A stretch of 64,000 bases of DNA from an uncultured Bacilli bacterium (GCA_944372055.1 CALVYF010000002.1:43628-107627); one strand, 5' to 3'. Positions 1 to 9,859 are shown, numbered from the stretch's first letter. The notes: generated from the letters alone by a model not told the origin. Program-made: numbers and translations.

Positions 1-942
1 TATCGCTTCTTTATTTGTTAATGGGTTTTCAATGTTGTATTTTAAATATCTAGATCCCATGGCAGTTTTATTTTTATCAAGTAACCATAATAAACTATAT
101 TGACGTTCTCTGTTTCTTAGTGTTTCTGTTAATTCTAGATTTCTTTTTGTATTATTGTCAAACTCTAGATATTCACTATTTTTAATAATTTTACATTTCT
201 GTAAGTGATGAAGATCTCCTTTTTTAGTATCTAATATGTAATATAATAAGTGTTTTAAAGTAGATACAAATCTTATATCTTCAATATCTTTATAGATGTA
301 TTCATAATTCTTGTCTTCGGATTCTTCTTTTGTAATTGTTACTAATATATTGTAGCTACTTCGTAATATTTCTATTATTTCTCGATCTGTATTATCATTT
401 ACTATTACTTCTTTAAACCCATGTTTTGCGATTTCTTTGATTACTTTTTCTTTTTCTCCTTCTACTAGCATAGCATAAACTTCTCCAGTAGAAATATCAG
501 CAAAACTAATTCCATAACAATAATCAAAACTATAGATATTGGCAATATAGTTATTACTTTTAGAATCTATATTTTCATCGATTCTAGTTCCTTTAGTAAC
601 TACTTGTATTACATCACGTTTTACCATTCCTTTAGTAAGTTTTGGGTCTTCTAATTGCTCACATATTGCTACCTTATAACCTTTTTCTATCAGTTCATCA
701 ACATATGCTGCATAAGCATGATGTGGGATACCACACATTGGTACACGTTCTTCTAATCCGGCTTGTTTTCCTGTTAATGTTAATTCTAATACACGGGATG
801 CAAGGATGGCATCATCAAAAAACATTTCATAGAAGTCACCAAGGCGAAAAAAGATAATACAATCTTCGTATTTATCTTTTATCTCCATATATTGTTGCAT
901 CATAGGACTTAATTTTTCTCTTTGTACTTCACTACGTTTCAT
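1..942 (-). CDS. mutS: DNA mismatch repair protein MutS, N-terminal ~314 codons (3' end runs off the window)
   Basis: Own translation of the minus strand from ATG at 942-940 gives MKRSEVQREKLSPMMQQYMEIKDKYEDCIIFFRLGDFYEMFFDDA...VPMCGIPHH. This is the canonical MutS domain I N-terminus. The frame stays open to position 1. It is absent from the ORF track because there is no in-window stop. Confidence 0.9.
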   Translation of the reverse strand, partial: MKRSEVQREKLSPMMQQYMEIKDKYEDCIIFFRLGDFYEMFFDDAILASRVLELTLTGKQAGLEERVPMCGIPHHAYAAYVDELIEKGYKVAICEQLEDPKLTKGMVKRDVIQVVTKGTRIDENIDSKSNNYIANIYSFDYCYGISFADISTGEVYAMLVEGEKEKVIKEIAKHGFKEVIVNDNTDREIIEILRSSYNILVTITKEESEDKNYEYIYKDIEDIRFVSTLKHLLYYILDTKKGDLHHLQKCKIIKNSEYLEFDNNTKRNLELTETLRNRERQYSLLWLLDKNKTAMGSRYLKYNIENPLTNKEAI

Positions 943-1004
943 TTTTTTCACCACTAGTACTATTATAGCAAAATTTATTGTTATTTCATAGTAAAACAAT
1001 TATT

Positions 1005-2009
1005 TTATGTATGTAAAAATGTTATTTTTTTACGAATAAGAAAAGATAATTCTTTCTTTTTATTTATTAAGTTTTTAAAAGCTATATTTATATTTTTCTT
1101 TTTTTTAGGAACTAGATAAGAAAATTCATTTCTTTTCGTAATTTCTCCAAAAGATATTGCTAGTTTTTCGATAGGCATAAATAAATTTACTTTGTCACTA
1201 TAAGTTTTTAATACGGAGTTCATTAATGCTATATATGAATCTGTACTATTTTTTAGTTTGATAGTAATTGTTTCTCTTGGAATAATGTTGTTAGCATATT
1301 TAATATATAAATATACGTTTTTTGTATAAAGTCCTTGTTCTTTTAATTTTAAAATATTGAAATCTAAAAGTTCTATTAGTTCTTGGGTGCCTTCTTTTTT
1401 AGTTTTTATAGTTTCAAATTTGGTACATGCTGAAATTGTTTTTGGGAGTTTCTTTTCATTTAATTCTTTTATTGTTGTACTTTCTATTCCTAAAGAATGA
1501 TTGATTAAATATTCTGCGTTGTAGCCAAATTCTTCATATAGTTTTTCATAAGAGTAGTTTCTGATATCTTCCATAGTGTTAATTTTTAATTTTTTTAGTT
1601 TTAACATCATGCTATTACTTATTTGCCAGAAATCATTTAGTGGTTTATGTGTTGAGCAAGTTAAAATGTATTCTTTTTCATCTAGGTATGCAATTTCTAT
1701 TTTTTTAGTTTTGGTAATAATATCGCATGCAGTTTTGGCTAGAAAAAGATTTGTGCCTATTCCTATTTTTACTTCTAGATGATTCTTTTTTATCAATTTC
1801 GTCTTTAAATTTTGAGCTAGTTGATATGGCGTTTGTTCATATAGTTCTTGGTAGTTTGTAATATCTATAAAGTACTCTTCTTTGCTGTAAGCAAAGATAT
1901 CCTCGTAGAAGAATGTATCTGTTAATGTTTCATAAATTTTATATGAGCTTTCTTTTGTGATGTTCTCTATCTCTTTCTTAATTTGTAATACTAAATATTT
2001 CTTTTTCAT
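1005..2009 (-). CDS. Y-family (DinB/UmuC-like) DNA polymerase homologue lacking the usual N-terminal ~60 residues
   Basis: 334-aa ORF with a strong RBS (GGGAGGAAACAT-ATG). VKIGIGTNLFLAKTACD and PLNDFWQISNSMMLKLKKLKINTMEDI resemble the palm/thumb motifs SIGIAxNKxLAKxASD and lwGIGxxxxxkLxxlGIxTxxDL. SKEEYFIDIT aligns with SIDEAYLDVT. The first catalytic segment (DxDxFFA) is missing. Confidence 0.6.
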   Translation of the reverse strand: MKKKYLVLQIKKEIENITKESSYKIYETLTDTFFYEDIFAYSKEEYFIDITNYQELYEQTPYQLAQNLKTKLIKKNHLEVKIGIGTNLFLAKTACDIITKTKKIEIAYLDEKEYILTCSTHKPLNDFWQISNSMMLKLKKLKINTMEDIRNYSYEKLYEEFGYNAEYLINHSLGIESTTIKELNEKKLPKTISACTKFETIKTKKEGTQELIELLDFNILKLKEQGLYTKNVYLYIKYANNIIPRETITIKLKNSTDSYIALMNSVLKTYSDKVNLFMPIEKLAISFGEITKRNEFSYLVPKKKKNINIAFKNLINKKKELSFLIRKKITFLHT

Positions 2010-2043
2010 ATGTTTCCTCCCTTTCCTTATCTGATATTATTAT

Positions 2044-2057
2044 AGTACAATTGTTCG
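2044..2057 (-). promoter_or_regulatory. Candidate LexA (Cheo-box-like) operator inside the promoter of the Y-family polymerase gene
   Basis: The minus strand reads CGAACAATTGTACT, i.e. GAAC-N4-GTAC, one mismatch from the Firmicute GAAC-N4-GTTC SOS box. It is immediately followed by TATAAT and lies about 45 nt upstream of the ATG. Confidence 0.35.
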
Positions 2058-2128
2058 TATAAAAACAATCGAACAAATAAAAAAACTCGAAAAAAATTTC
2101 GAGAAAATAAAAAAGAGGATTTTCCTCT

Positions 2129-3433
2129 TTATTTTATCAAGTTTTTGAAACTGTCAATTAAATTGTCAACATAAGCACAGCTCATAAAACATACAACAGA
2201 ATCTTTTTCCTTTTTTAATTTGTCGATTGTATCCATACTAATCATATCTCCATTTTTTAGATTGTCTACAATTATGTGAGATGTAATACCTGGGTAATCT
2301 TCTTGACGTTCTCTATTACAATCGATTTCTGTTAGATAAGTTTTATCTGCAATATTGAATGCTTCAACAAATTCATTTTTGAAATCTTTTGTTCTTGAAT
2401 ATGTATTTGGTACAAACACAACGACTAAACGTTTCTTTGGATATTTTTGTTTTACTGCTTCTAATGTTACTTTGATTTCTGTAGGATGATGAGCATAGTC
2501 ATCTATAATTACACAGTTTCCTATTTTTGTTTCAGCAAAACGTCTTTTTGCATTATGGAAAGTTTCTAATAGCTCATGAATTTTTTCTACTCTTAATCCT
2601 AGCTCTTTAGCAATTGTGATTGCTGCTGCTGCATTTGCTACCATATGCTTTCCATATAATGGAATATCAAAATGTCCAAATAATTCATTATTAATATATA
2701 AATCAAATACTGATCCTGTTTCTAATAATTCCATATTTTTAATTACTATGTCATTATCGTCATTGAATCCATAAAACATAACTTTTGTTTTATAATTCAT
2801 TTTTCTTACTTCTGCATTGTCACCGTTGGCCACTACTAATTTTTTAGTTTGATTCGCAAAAATTTCAAAGGTGTTTCTTATATCATCAATATCTTTATAG
2901 CATTCTAGATGTTCTGGTTCTATATTAGTAATAATAGAATATGCTGGATGATAATCTGTAAAATGACGATTAAATTCATCACTTTCTACAACGAAGTATT
3001 TATTTTTTTTGTCGGCATAGCCGTCTCCAGCTCCGATAAAGTAGTTGCAACCTACAGTTTCTTCTAAGAGATGTCTAATTAGAGATGAAGTTGTTGTTTT
3101 ACCATGGGTTCCGCTGACTCCGATGGTTTCAAACATATTGATGACATCTCCCATAAGTTCACTATATTTTTTTACGGTTAGCCCTAGTTTTCTTACTCGT
3201 TTCATTTCTTCGTGGTCTTCTTTAAAAGCAACACTGTAAGTTACAATAGTGTCTTTATCTATTTCATGGTCGTGGTCATAATAAATTGGAATCTTTCTTT
3301 TTTCTAGACCGTCTTGAGTAAATTTATGCCCTTTTGCATCATCATACCCACTTACTTCATTTCCTAAGTCGTAAAGTATTTGTGCAAGTGTTGACATTCC
3401 TGTTCCTTTTATTCCTATGCAGTAGTATTTCAT
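2129..3433 (-). CDS. murC: UDP-N-acetylmuramate--L-alanine ligase
   Basis: 434 aa. N-terminus MKYYCIGIKGTGMSTLAQIL, P-loop GVSGTHGKTTTSS and DDYAHHPTEI are typical Mur ligase/MurC motifs. Two hairpins with T-runs follow the stop. Confidence 0.9.
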   Translation of the reverse strand: MKYYCIGIKGTGMSTLAQILYDLGNEVSGYDDAKGHKFTQDGLEKRKIPIYYDHDHEIDKDTIVTYSVAFKEDHEEMKRVRKLGLTVKKYSELMGDVINMFETIGVSGTHGKTTTSSLIRHLLEETVGCNYFIGAGDGYADKKNKYFVVESDEFNRHFTDYHPAYSIITNIEPEHLECYKDIDDIRNTFEIFANQTKKLVVANGDNAEVRKMNYKTKVMFYGFNDDNDIVIKNMELLETGSVFDLYINNELFGHFDIPLYGKHMVANAAAAITIAKELGLRVEKIHELLETFHNAKRRFAETKIGNCVIIDDYAHHPTEIKVTLEAVKQKYPKKRLVVVFVPNTYSRTKDFKNEFVEAFNIADKTYLTEIDCNRERQEDYPGITSHIIVDNLKNGDMISMDTIDKLKKEKDSVVCFMSCAYVDNLIDSFKNLIK

Positions 3434-3496
3434 AATTTCACTCCTATTCTTTTTTTAGTATACGTTACTTTTTATTTCTAGTAAAGGTATAGTATT

Positions 3497-4117
3497 TTAT
3501 GATATGTGTTGTAATTTTGTTAGTTCTCGCTCTTTCTTGGAATAAATACATCCACAGTAATCTTGTCTATATAGATTATATTTTTTTGATAATTCAATGC
3601 TTCGTTTATACCCATTTTTCTTTTTAAAGTCAGCATATAAATAAGTTGGTGTATATTCTTTGTTTAAATTTTCTCCTATTTCGTTTAACCATTTACTGTT
3701 TTTATATGGGCTGATACTTAGAGTGGTTGTGAAATAGTCAAAGTTTAAATCTTCGGCCACTTTAGCAGTTTCTCTTAGTCGTAATTCATAGCATTTGTAG
3801 CATCGTTTTCCTCGCTCTTTTTCTTCTTCTAGACCGGTTGCTATGTCAAAGAATTCTTTTGGATTATATCTTCCTCTTAATACTTTTATATTGTCTACAT
3901 TTAATTTTTTTACAAAGTTTTCAATTTCATTCAGTCTTTTTTCATATTCTTCTTTTTCTGTAATGTTAGGATTGTAGTATAGAATTGTGATATCAAAGTA
4001 TTTAGAAATACGTTCTAATACAGCGGATGAACACGGGGCACAACATGCGTGTAGTAATAGTTTGTTTTTATTAGAAACTTCTTCAATTTGTTTCTCCATT
4101 TCTAAATCGTAGTTCAT
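3497..4117 (-). CDS. queH: Epoxyqueuosine reductase QueH (DUF208)
   Basis: 206 aa with LLLHACCAPCSS near the N-terminus and QDYCGCIYS near the C-terminus, the characteristic QueH Cys motifs. Confidence 0.8.
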   Translation of the reverse strand: MNYDLEMEKQIEEVSNKNKLLLHACCAPCSSAVLERISKYFDITILYYNPNITEKEEYEKRLNEIENFVKKLNVDNIKVLRGRYNPKEFFDIATGLEEEKERGKRCYKCYELRLRETAKVAEDLNFDYFTTTLSISPYKNSKWLNEIGENLNKEYTPTYLYADFKKKNGYKRSIELSKKYNLYRQDYCGCIYSKKERELTKLQHIS

Positions 4118-4185
4118 TCTATCACCTCTATTTCTGTATTATATCATAATTTTTCATTCTGTGTTATACTTTTGGTGGTGATAGT

Positions 4186-5055
4186 ATGAGTACAGTAGAA
4201 TATGTTATTTTAGGGCATCAGAATCCAGATGTAGACAGTATTGTCAGTGGCTATTTATTAGAGAAGTATTTGAATAATCACGGATATTGCTCTAAGTTTA
4301 TTATACCCGATTTAAAAATTGATAATGAAAATTTAATTATTTGTCGTAATTATGGATTGAATCCTAGTGATTATCAAGGCGTATTACCACGAGATGAGGA
4401 TCAGAAATATATTTTGGTTGACCATTTTGAACGTGATGTTCCAGGGGTGGTGTCTGGTGTTATTGATCATCATCCTACTAACCAAGAGTTTTCTTATTCT
4501 TATTATAGAAATGAGAAAGCAAGTTCTACTGCAAGTATGATTGTTAAAGGAAAGGAAGATGAATTTACTAAAGATGAGATTTGTCTTGCGGTACTTGCTA
4601 CTATGGTGGATACTGTGTCCTTTCATTCTAGTAAAACTTTGCCAGAAGATGTTACCTGGGTTAAAGAAATGGTACACAGATATCAACTTCCTTATTCGCA
4701 ACTATATCAGGAGGGACTTTGTTTGACTAATGTTTGTGAACCTAGTGACTTTTTGAATCATGGATTAAAAGTATATCAGTTTGGTGATAAGCAGATTGCT
4801 TCTTCCTCTGTCTTGCTATTACATCCTGATGATTATAAAGAAATGTATCCTTCTGTATTTTCTCTTTTACAAAATTATGTTTCAAATAAAGAATTGGAAA
4901 TGTTTGCTTTGATTATCCATGATATGACTAGTTTTTGTTCTAGCGTTTACTATGTAGATGCTACTGAAGTTAGAAAAAAAGAATTTGATCACTTTATATC
5001 TCGTGGTAGTGAAGTTATACCAGAGTTAGAAAAGAAACTATATATAAAGAAATAA
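4186..5055 (+). CDS. DHH/DHHA2 phosphoesterase related to family II (Mn-dependent) inorganic pyrophosphatase
   Basis: GHQNPDVDSIVSGYLL, LVDHFE, VIDHHP and VDTVSFHSSKT follow the DHH motif I-IV pattern of PpaC-like enzymes. Confidence 0.65.
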   Translation: MSTVEYVILGHQNPDVDSIVSGYLLEKYLNNHGYCSKFIIPDLKIDNENLIICRNYGLNPSDYQGVLPRDEDQKYILVDHFERDVPGVVSGVIDHHPTNQEFSYSYYRNEKASSTASMIVKGKEDEFTKDEICLAVLATMVDTVSFHSSKTLPEDVTWVKEMVHRYQLPYSQLYQEGLCLTNVCEPSDFLNHGLKVYQFGDKQIASSSVLLLHPDDYKEMYPSVFSLLQNYVSNKELEMFALIIHDMTSFCSSVYYVDATEVRKKEFDHFISRGSEVIPELEKKLYIKK

Positions 5056-5058
5056 GAT

Positions 5059-5850
5059 ATGTTTATGCATTGTTTATTTCTTTTTTTCATATTATTTAAT
5101 ATGAATTCTATTATTGTTAGCTTTTTAATTACTACATTTGCTGGATTATCAACGATGATTGGAATCATTCCTATTTTTGTTTCCAATGATAAAGCAGAAA
5201 AAATTATTCCGGGCTCTTTACTTTTTGCTAGTGGTGTGATGCTTACTATTTCTTTTTTATCATTAATACCTGAAGGCTTTGCACTGTTTTGTGAAAGTAA
5301 CTTTATTTTTCCTAGCATCTTATTTACTGCTATTTTTGTTGTCGTTGGCATTATCTTTTCTTCTAAAATATCAAAAAAAATAGAAGAAAAGCTTTCTTCT
5401 AACTACTTATATCGATTAGGTATTGTTACTGTGATTGCTTTAATATTTCATAATATTCCTGAAGGAATTACTACGTTTCTTTCTAGCAATCATGACTTGT
5501 CTTTAGGATTAACTTTATCTTTAGGAATTGCTTTACATAACATCCCTGAGGGAATCAGTGTTGCAGTACCTATTTATTTTGCTACTGGTAATCGAAAAAA
5601 AGCAATCGTATTTACTTTTATTTCTGGGTTTTCTGAGATGATTGGGGCCGTTCTTGCTTATTTATTTTTAGCTCCCTTTATTACAAACTTTGTTTTGGGC
5701 ATTATTCTTTCTATGGCAGCGGGGATTATGATTCATATTTCTATTTATGAGTTGCTACCATCTTCTTTTAAATATCCTTTAAATGCGAAAGTCTTGTTGT
5801 TTTTTTTAATAGGTGTTTTTGTTATGTTTTTATGTCATTTTTTTATTTAA
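5059..5850 (+). CDS. zupT: ZIP family metal (zinc) transporter
   Basis: Polytopic membrane protein with a duplicated HNIPEGI motif (HNIPEGITTF, HNIPEGISVAVP) typical of ZupT/ZIP. Confidence 0.8.
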   Translation: MFMHCLFLFFILFNMNSIIVSFLITTFAGLSTMIGIIPIFVSNDKAEKIIPGSLLFASGVMLTISFLSLIPEGFALFCESNFIFPSILFTAIFVVVGIIFSSKISKKIEEKLSSNYLYRLGIVTVIALIFHNIPEGITTFLSSNHDLSLGLTLSLGIALHNIPEGISVAVPIYFATGNRKKAIVFTFISGFSEMIGAVLAYLFLAPFITNFVLGIILSMAAGIMIHISIYELLPSSFKYPLNAKVLLFFLIGVFVMFLCHFFI

Positions 5851-6226
5851 TTACTGTTGGTGCTAAGAAATCGAAAAAAGGAATGTTTCTTAATATGCCA
5901 TAAATAATAAATATTACAATTATCATTATCCATATTTTAGTTGGTATTTTATTATATAGAGGTTCTTTCTTTGAGATAATACCTTCTATCACAAAAAATA
6001 TAAAAAATGGCAAACATATAAAAAGTAAAGGATTATATCTAAATGCTTGGTAAAAGTCTAATTGTAATATAGAAAGTAACATTCTAGTAATCCCACATCC
6101 TGGACAGTATAGTCCTATTGTTTTTTTGATAGGACAATCTAAATAAATGTGAAATTTATTTCCTAAATAGAGGTAAGTTATTAATAAGATGAGTAAAGAG
6201 ATACAGATTATTATCTTTTTTTTCAT
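5843..6226 (-). CDS. DUF2752-like small membrane protein
   Basis: CPIKKTIGLYCPGCGITRM Cys motif followed by TM helices. Confidence 0.55.
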   Translation of the reverse strand: MKKKIIICISLLILLITYLYLGNKFHIYLDCPIKKTIGLYCPGCGITRMLLSILQLDFYQAFRYNPLLFICLPFFIFFVIEGIISKKEPLYNKIPTKIWIMIIVIFIIYGILRNIPFFDFLAPTVIK

Positions 6227-6250
6227 AGAAAGAAAAAAAGCATTGCGCTC

Positions 6251-6610
6251 TTATCTTACTCCTGCTTCTTTTCCAGCAAGCTGATTTAGTTCATTTTGCA
6301 TTAAAGCATAATTGATAATTCCAAGGCCAAATAATTGAAGTATTAAATATAGCACTGAATTATCTTCTGCATTAAGACCAGCTTTTTGTTTTGCCATAAC
6401 AAGAGTTTTACCCATCTTATATGCCCAGTAAATACCATAAATACCACAGGTAACTAAGGTTAATAAGAAAGCAATTCCTCCTGATGGCGCTTGTTGATCT
6501 CCACTTGCTAATCTTGCATCATCTGTAAGAACGATAAACCAATAGATTCCATAGATTCCACAAGTTACGATTGTTAAGATGATAGCAACTGCAATATTTC
6601 TTTCTCTCAT
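6251..6610 (-). CDS. DUF4234-like membrane protein with internal duplication
   Basis: Two copies of TCGIYGIYW(F/A) inside hydrophobic helices. Confidence 0.5.
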   Translation of the reverse strand: MRERNIAVAIILTIVTCGIYGIYWFIVLTDDARLASGDQQAPSGGIAFLLTLVTCGIYGIYWAYKMGKTLVMAKQKAGLNAEDNSVLYLILQLFGLGIINYALMQNELNQLAGKEAGVR

Positions 6611-6691
6611 TTTCTCACCTCTCTATGATTAAATCATATCATACGTTTTGACATATTTCTATATTTTTTTTAATTTATTTAGATTTAGATG

Positions 6692-7266
6692 TTATTTGTC
6701 ACTTTTGCTGTTCTTTTTTTCTATAAGATATTTTTCTAGATAATTGGCAACTCCTTCTTTGTCATTCGATAGTGTTATATCATCTGCGTTTTCTTTTACT
6801 ATGTTTTCTGCGTTTTTCATAGCTATTCCTAACCCTACTCCTTTAATGATAGGAAGATCATTTTCACCATCACCGAAGAAAATAACTTTATTAGGTATAG
6901 TTTTTAAATCATCACATAGAAGCTCTAGTGTCTTCAATTTGTTTATTCCATTAGGGTTTATGATTAGCCAAAATTTACTGTTTAATTGATCTGTATTACT
7001 CATATTTGTTACGTTGACATTTTTATAGTTCTTTATAATCTCTTTGTCTACATCATATATATCGGAACCGTTACTTAATATTAAATAATCGAACAATTTG
7101 ATGTTTACTGCTTCTTTTACACTTGATAGGTTTCTGGCAGTTACTCCTACGATAAAGTAACCACTTTCTTTTAGTGTGTCTAAATTTTTTTTGTTTTAGG
7201 TGTTATTTTTTTATTGCTAGTTAATAGTGTTCCGTCTAGATTTGTTGCGATTATATTGTATTTTAT
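6692..7266 (-). pseudogene. Cof-type HAD-IIB phosphatase, apparently start-less and with the catalytic Asp changed
   Basis: The track ORF (6692-7096, TTG start) holds only the C-terminal half (FFGDGENDLPIIKGVGLGIAMKNA). My upstream in-frame translation continues open as KIKYNIIATNLDGTLLTSNKKITPKTKKNLDTLKESGYFIVGVTARNL, which is the HAD motif I/II region. The expected ATG is ATA (7266-7264). Motif I reads NLDGT instead of DxDGT. This part overlaps the 3' end of the preceding ORF out of frame. Confidence 0.5.
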
Positions 7267-7750
7267 TTTTTTCTTTTCTCTTTTCTGTATTGTTGTATTT
7301 TTCTAATTCTTTTTTAAATTCCTCTTTTGATAATTTACTTAAATCTTTATCAAATGCTAATGGAGATGTTGTAATTTCTTTTCCCATCCAATTTTCTTTT
7401 TGATATTTGTTTTTTTCTTCTTTTGTTTGGAATGTAACTTCTACACGATATAATCCTTGATGGTCTCCTAAATATTTTTTAATAGATACTCTATCATCTT
7501 TTAAATATAGATAACTATCTCTTATGATTTTAGAGCGTGCTTGTTCTTTTAATGATAGAAATTCCTTTTCAGAAATATCTGCTTTTTCTATGATATCGTT
7601 GTTGTCATCTAATATTTCTTTTTGATAGTCTTTATCTTTCTTTTGGATTCTTAAACTATCATTTATATAATATCTTTCATACCTAATTGGAGGACTTAAT
7701 TCTAAATTGTTAAGTGATGAAACGATATATCTTTTTGTATTTTTTCGCAT
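7217..7750 (-). CDS. CYTH-like domain protein (triphosphate tunnel fold), tentative
   Basis: 177 aa. The beta-strand pattern RYERYYIND.LRIQKK...YRVEVTF resembles CYTH/CyaB-like proteins, but the N-terminal ExExK signature is not evident. Lys/Glu-rich tail. Confidence 0.35.
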   Translation of the reverse strand: MRKNTKRYIVSSLNNLELSPPIRYERYYINDSLRIQKKDKDYQKEILDDNNDIIEKADISEKEFLSLKEQARSKIIRDSYLYLKDDRVSIKKYLGDHQGLYRVEVTFQTKEEKNKYQKENWMGKEITTSPLAFDKDLSKLSKEEFKKELEKYNNTEKRKEKNKIQYNRNKSRRNTIN

Positions 7751-7781
7751 ATTTTCCTCTTCCTTTTTAAAATATGATAAC

Positions 7782-8657
7782 TTATTTTTCTATTATACTT
7801 TTTGCAAGTAAGGCTGCACCAATAATACCAGGTTGTTGCAAGTTTGCTGTTTCTATTATTGTGTTTTTGGCAAGTGGATGTGCTTCTTTTTAGAAATTAT
7901 CAATTACTTCAGATAAAAATCTATCTTTTGACTTCATCACTCCGCCACCTAGAATAATAATATCTGGGTTTATTGTGGATGAGATATTTAATAGTAATGT
8001 TGTTAGATTCTGCTTAAATTCTTTTATAATTTCTTCTGCTACTGAATGATTGTTTTTCTCTAATTCAAACAGTTCGCTTGTGTTTTTTATGTTTTTATCT
8101 ATTTTGTTCTGGGCTTTTTTGTTAGTGCAGTACCACTTATTAGCTGGTGGGCTGTATTTTTTCCGTCTAATATCATTCTGGAAAAATAGGCTCCTAAATT
8201 ATTACTGCCATGATATATTTTCTTGTCGATGATTACTCCGCCACCTAATCCGGTACTTATTGTTATATAACAAACAATGTCTTTTTCTTTTCTATCTCCT
8301 GATATAGCCTCTGCAAATGCCGCAACTCGTGCGTCGTTTTCTAAAATGATTGGTTTATCAAACTCTTTGGTTAGTTTTTCTATGAAAGGATAATTATTTA
8401 ATAGACTTATGTTCTGAGAAGTTTCTATATTTCCTGTTTTTTTTGTTAATAGAACCAGGTGCGCCAATGCCAATCGCTCTACATTCTTTATAATTTGGAA
8501 CTAGTTTTATTAAGCTTTTTATTTTGTTATATAAATCATCTGCGGTAGTTACATTTTCTAGTGTTTTTTCAAGGTGTTCAAAAATTAGTTCTTCTTTTTG
8601 ATTTATCTTTCCTACTCTAATATTTGTTCAACCTATATCCAGTCCTATATATTCCAT
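7782..8657 (-). pseudogene. ROK-family glucokinase pseudogene (at least 4 lesions)
   Basis: My translation from ATG 8657 gives MEYIGLDIG*TNIRVGK (TGA at 8628-8630 replaces the second Gly of DIGGT). There is a frameshift near 8455-8462 after IGIGAPG, another at the A/T run 8115-8120, and an in-frame TAA at 7890-7892. ROK motifs ENDARVAA, STGLGGGVII and ILGGGV are all present across the three frames. Confidence 0.8.
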
Positions 8658-8676
8658 TTTTTCACCTCTTATTCTT

Positions 8677-9807
8677 TCACTTTTTTAGTGATAGTAACGT
8701 ACAGCACTCTACGTGATATGTTCTTGGAAACATATTGTATGGTCTAATATATTCTATGTTGTATTTTTCTTTTAATAAGTTTAAATCTCTAGCTAGAGTT
8801 ACTGGGTCACATGATACATATATTAAAGTTTTTGGTTTTATTTCTAGTAACTTTTTTATCACTTTCTTATCTAATCCACTTCTTGGAGGATCTATAATTG
8901 CAGTGTCATATTCACTTGTTATTTCTTTTGTTAAATTCTCTACTTTTCCTAACTTATAAGTACAGTTTGTAGCGTTATTTAATTCTTTATTATAATTTGC
9001 ATCATCTACTGCATCTTTGCAAGACTCTATTCCTAGAACTTTGTTTACTGATTCGCAAATATAAATACCTATTGTTCCTGTTCCGCAGTATAAATCTAGT
9101 ACGTTTTTAGAGTTTTTTTCTTGTATTATTTCTTTTATTTCATCATATAGTTTTTCTGTAATTATGCTGTTTACTTGGAAGAAAGATTTTTCTGATACTT
9201 TATACTTTTTATTGCCGATATAAGATGTTATGTAGTTCTTTTTAGCAGTTGGAGATAGTATTTCATCTGTTTTGTTCCCTATTTTTAGTATGATGTCTTT
9301 TTTATTGCTTGGTTTGATGCTTTTTAGAATTTCATTTAATTTATCATTTAGTAATAGACACTTTGTTATAGGAATAATAGTATTACTTTCTTTTTCGTAA
9401 AGTCCTATTTTTTTGTCGTCTTTATGAAGAGTAATTTTATTACGATAGTGGTATGGGTTGTCATAGATGATAGGTTTTATTTTATCATTTGATATTTTTG
9501 CGAACTTGGTCATGATTTCTTTTACTTTTTCTTCTTTAAATTCCTGTTCTTTTTCAAATGATATATGGTCTAGATTACATCCCCCACATCTAGCATAATA
9601 TGGACAGTTTGATGTTATTCTATCTTTACTTTTTTCTATTACTTTTTTTGTTGTTGCGAGATAGTATTTTTTCTTTTCTTTTATTACTTCTATTTCTACT
9701 ACTTCATCTTTCAATGCACCTTCTACAAAGCAAATTTTATTTTCAATTTTTGTAATTCCTCGTCCGTAGTGATCTAGTTTTTCAATTTTTACTTGCAAAA
9801 GTATCAC
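8677..9807 (-). CDS. rlmD: 23S rRNA (uracil-5-)-methyltransferase, RlmD/RumA family (TRAM + Fe-S + SAM MTase)
   Basis: N-terminal TRAM-like beta domain, Cys cluster CPYYARCGGCNL, SAM motif LDLYCGTGTIG and the C-terminal catalytic region IIDPPRSG...YVSCDP. The real start may be TTG at 9798, since the track start is a GTG inside the GAGGTGA RBS. Confidence 0.8.
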   Translation of the reverse strand: MILLQVKIEKLDHYGRGITKIENKICFVEGALKDEVVEIEVIKEKKKYYLATTKKVIEKSKDRITSNCPYYARCGGCNLDHISFEKEQEFKEEKVKEIMTKFAKISNDKIKPIIYDNPYHYRNKITLHKDDKKIGLYEKESNTIIPITKCLLLNDKLNEILKSIKPSNKKDIILKIGNKTDEILSPTAKKNYITSYIGNKKYKVSEKSFFQVNSIITEKLYDEIKEIIQEKNSKNVLDLYCGTGTIGIYICESVNKVLGIESCKDAVDDANYNKELNNATNCTYKLGKVENLTKEITSEYDTAIIDPPRSGLDKKVIKKLLEIKPKTLIYVSCDPVTLARDLNLLKEKYNIEYIRPYNMFPRTYHVECCTLLSLKK

Positions 9808-9859
9808 CTCTCATACATTATATCATATTTTTATACTCATACTAATATTAGGTGATTTT

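Noticed and set aside
8628-8630. An in-frame TGA replaces the second Gly of the DIGGT motif in the ROK kinase. This could hint at a recoded genetic code (TGA=Gly as in code 25, or TGA=Trp as in code 4).
   Set aside because: TGA clearly terminates other genes here; for example gerA ends AAT TTA TGA at 11255-11257, overlapping the next ATG. The same ROK gene also carries a TAA nonsense codon and two frameshifts, so it is simply a pseudogene (a GGA to TGA substitution).
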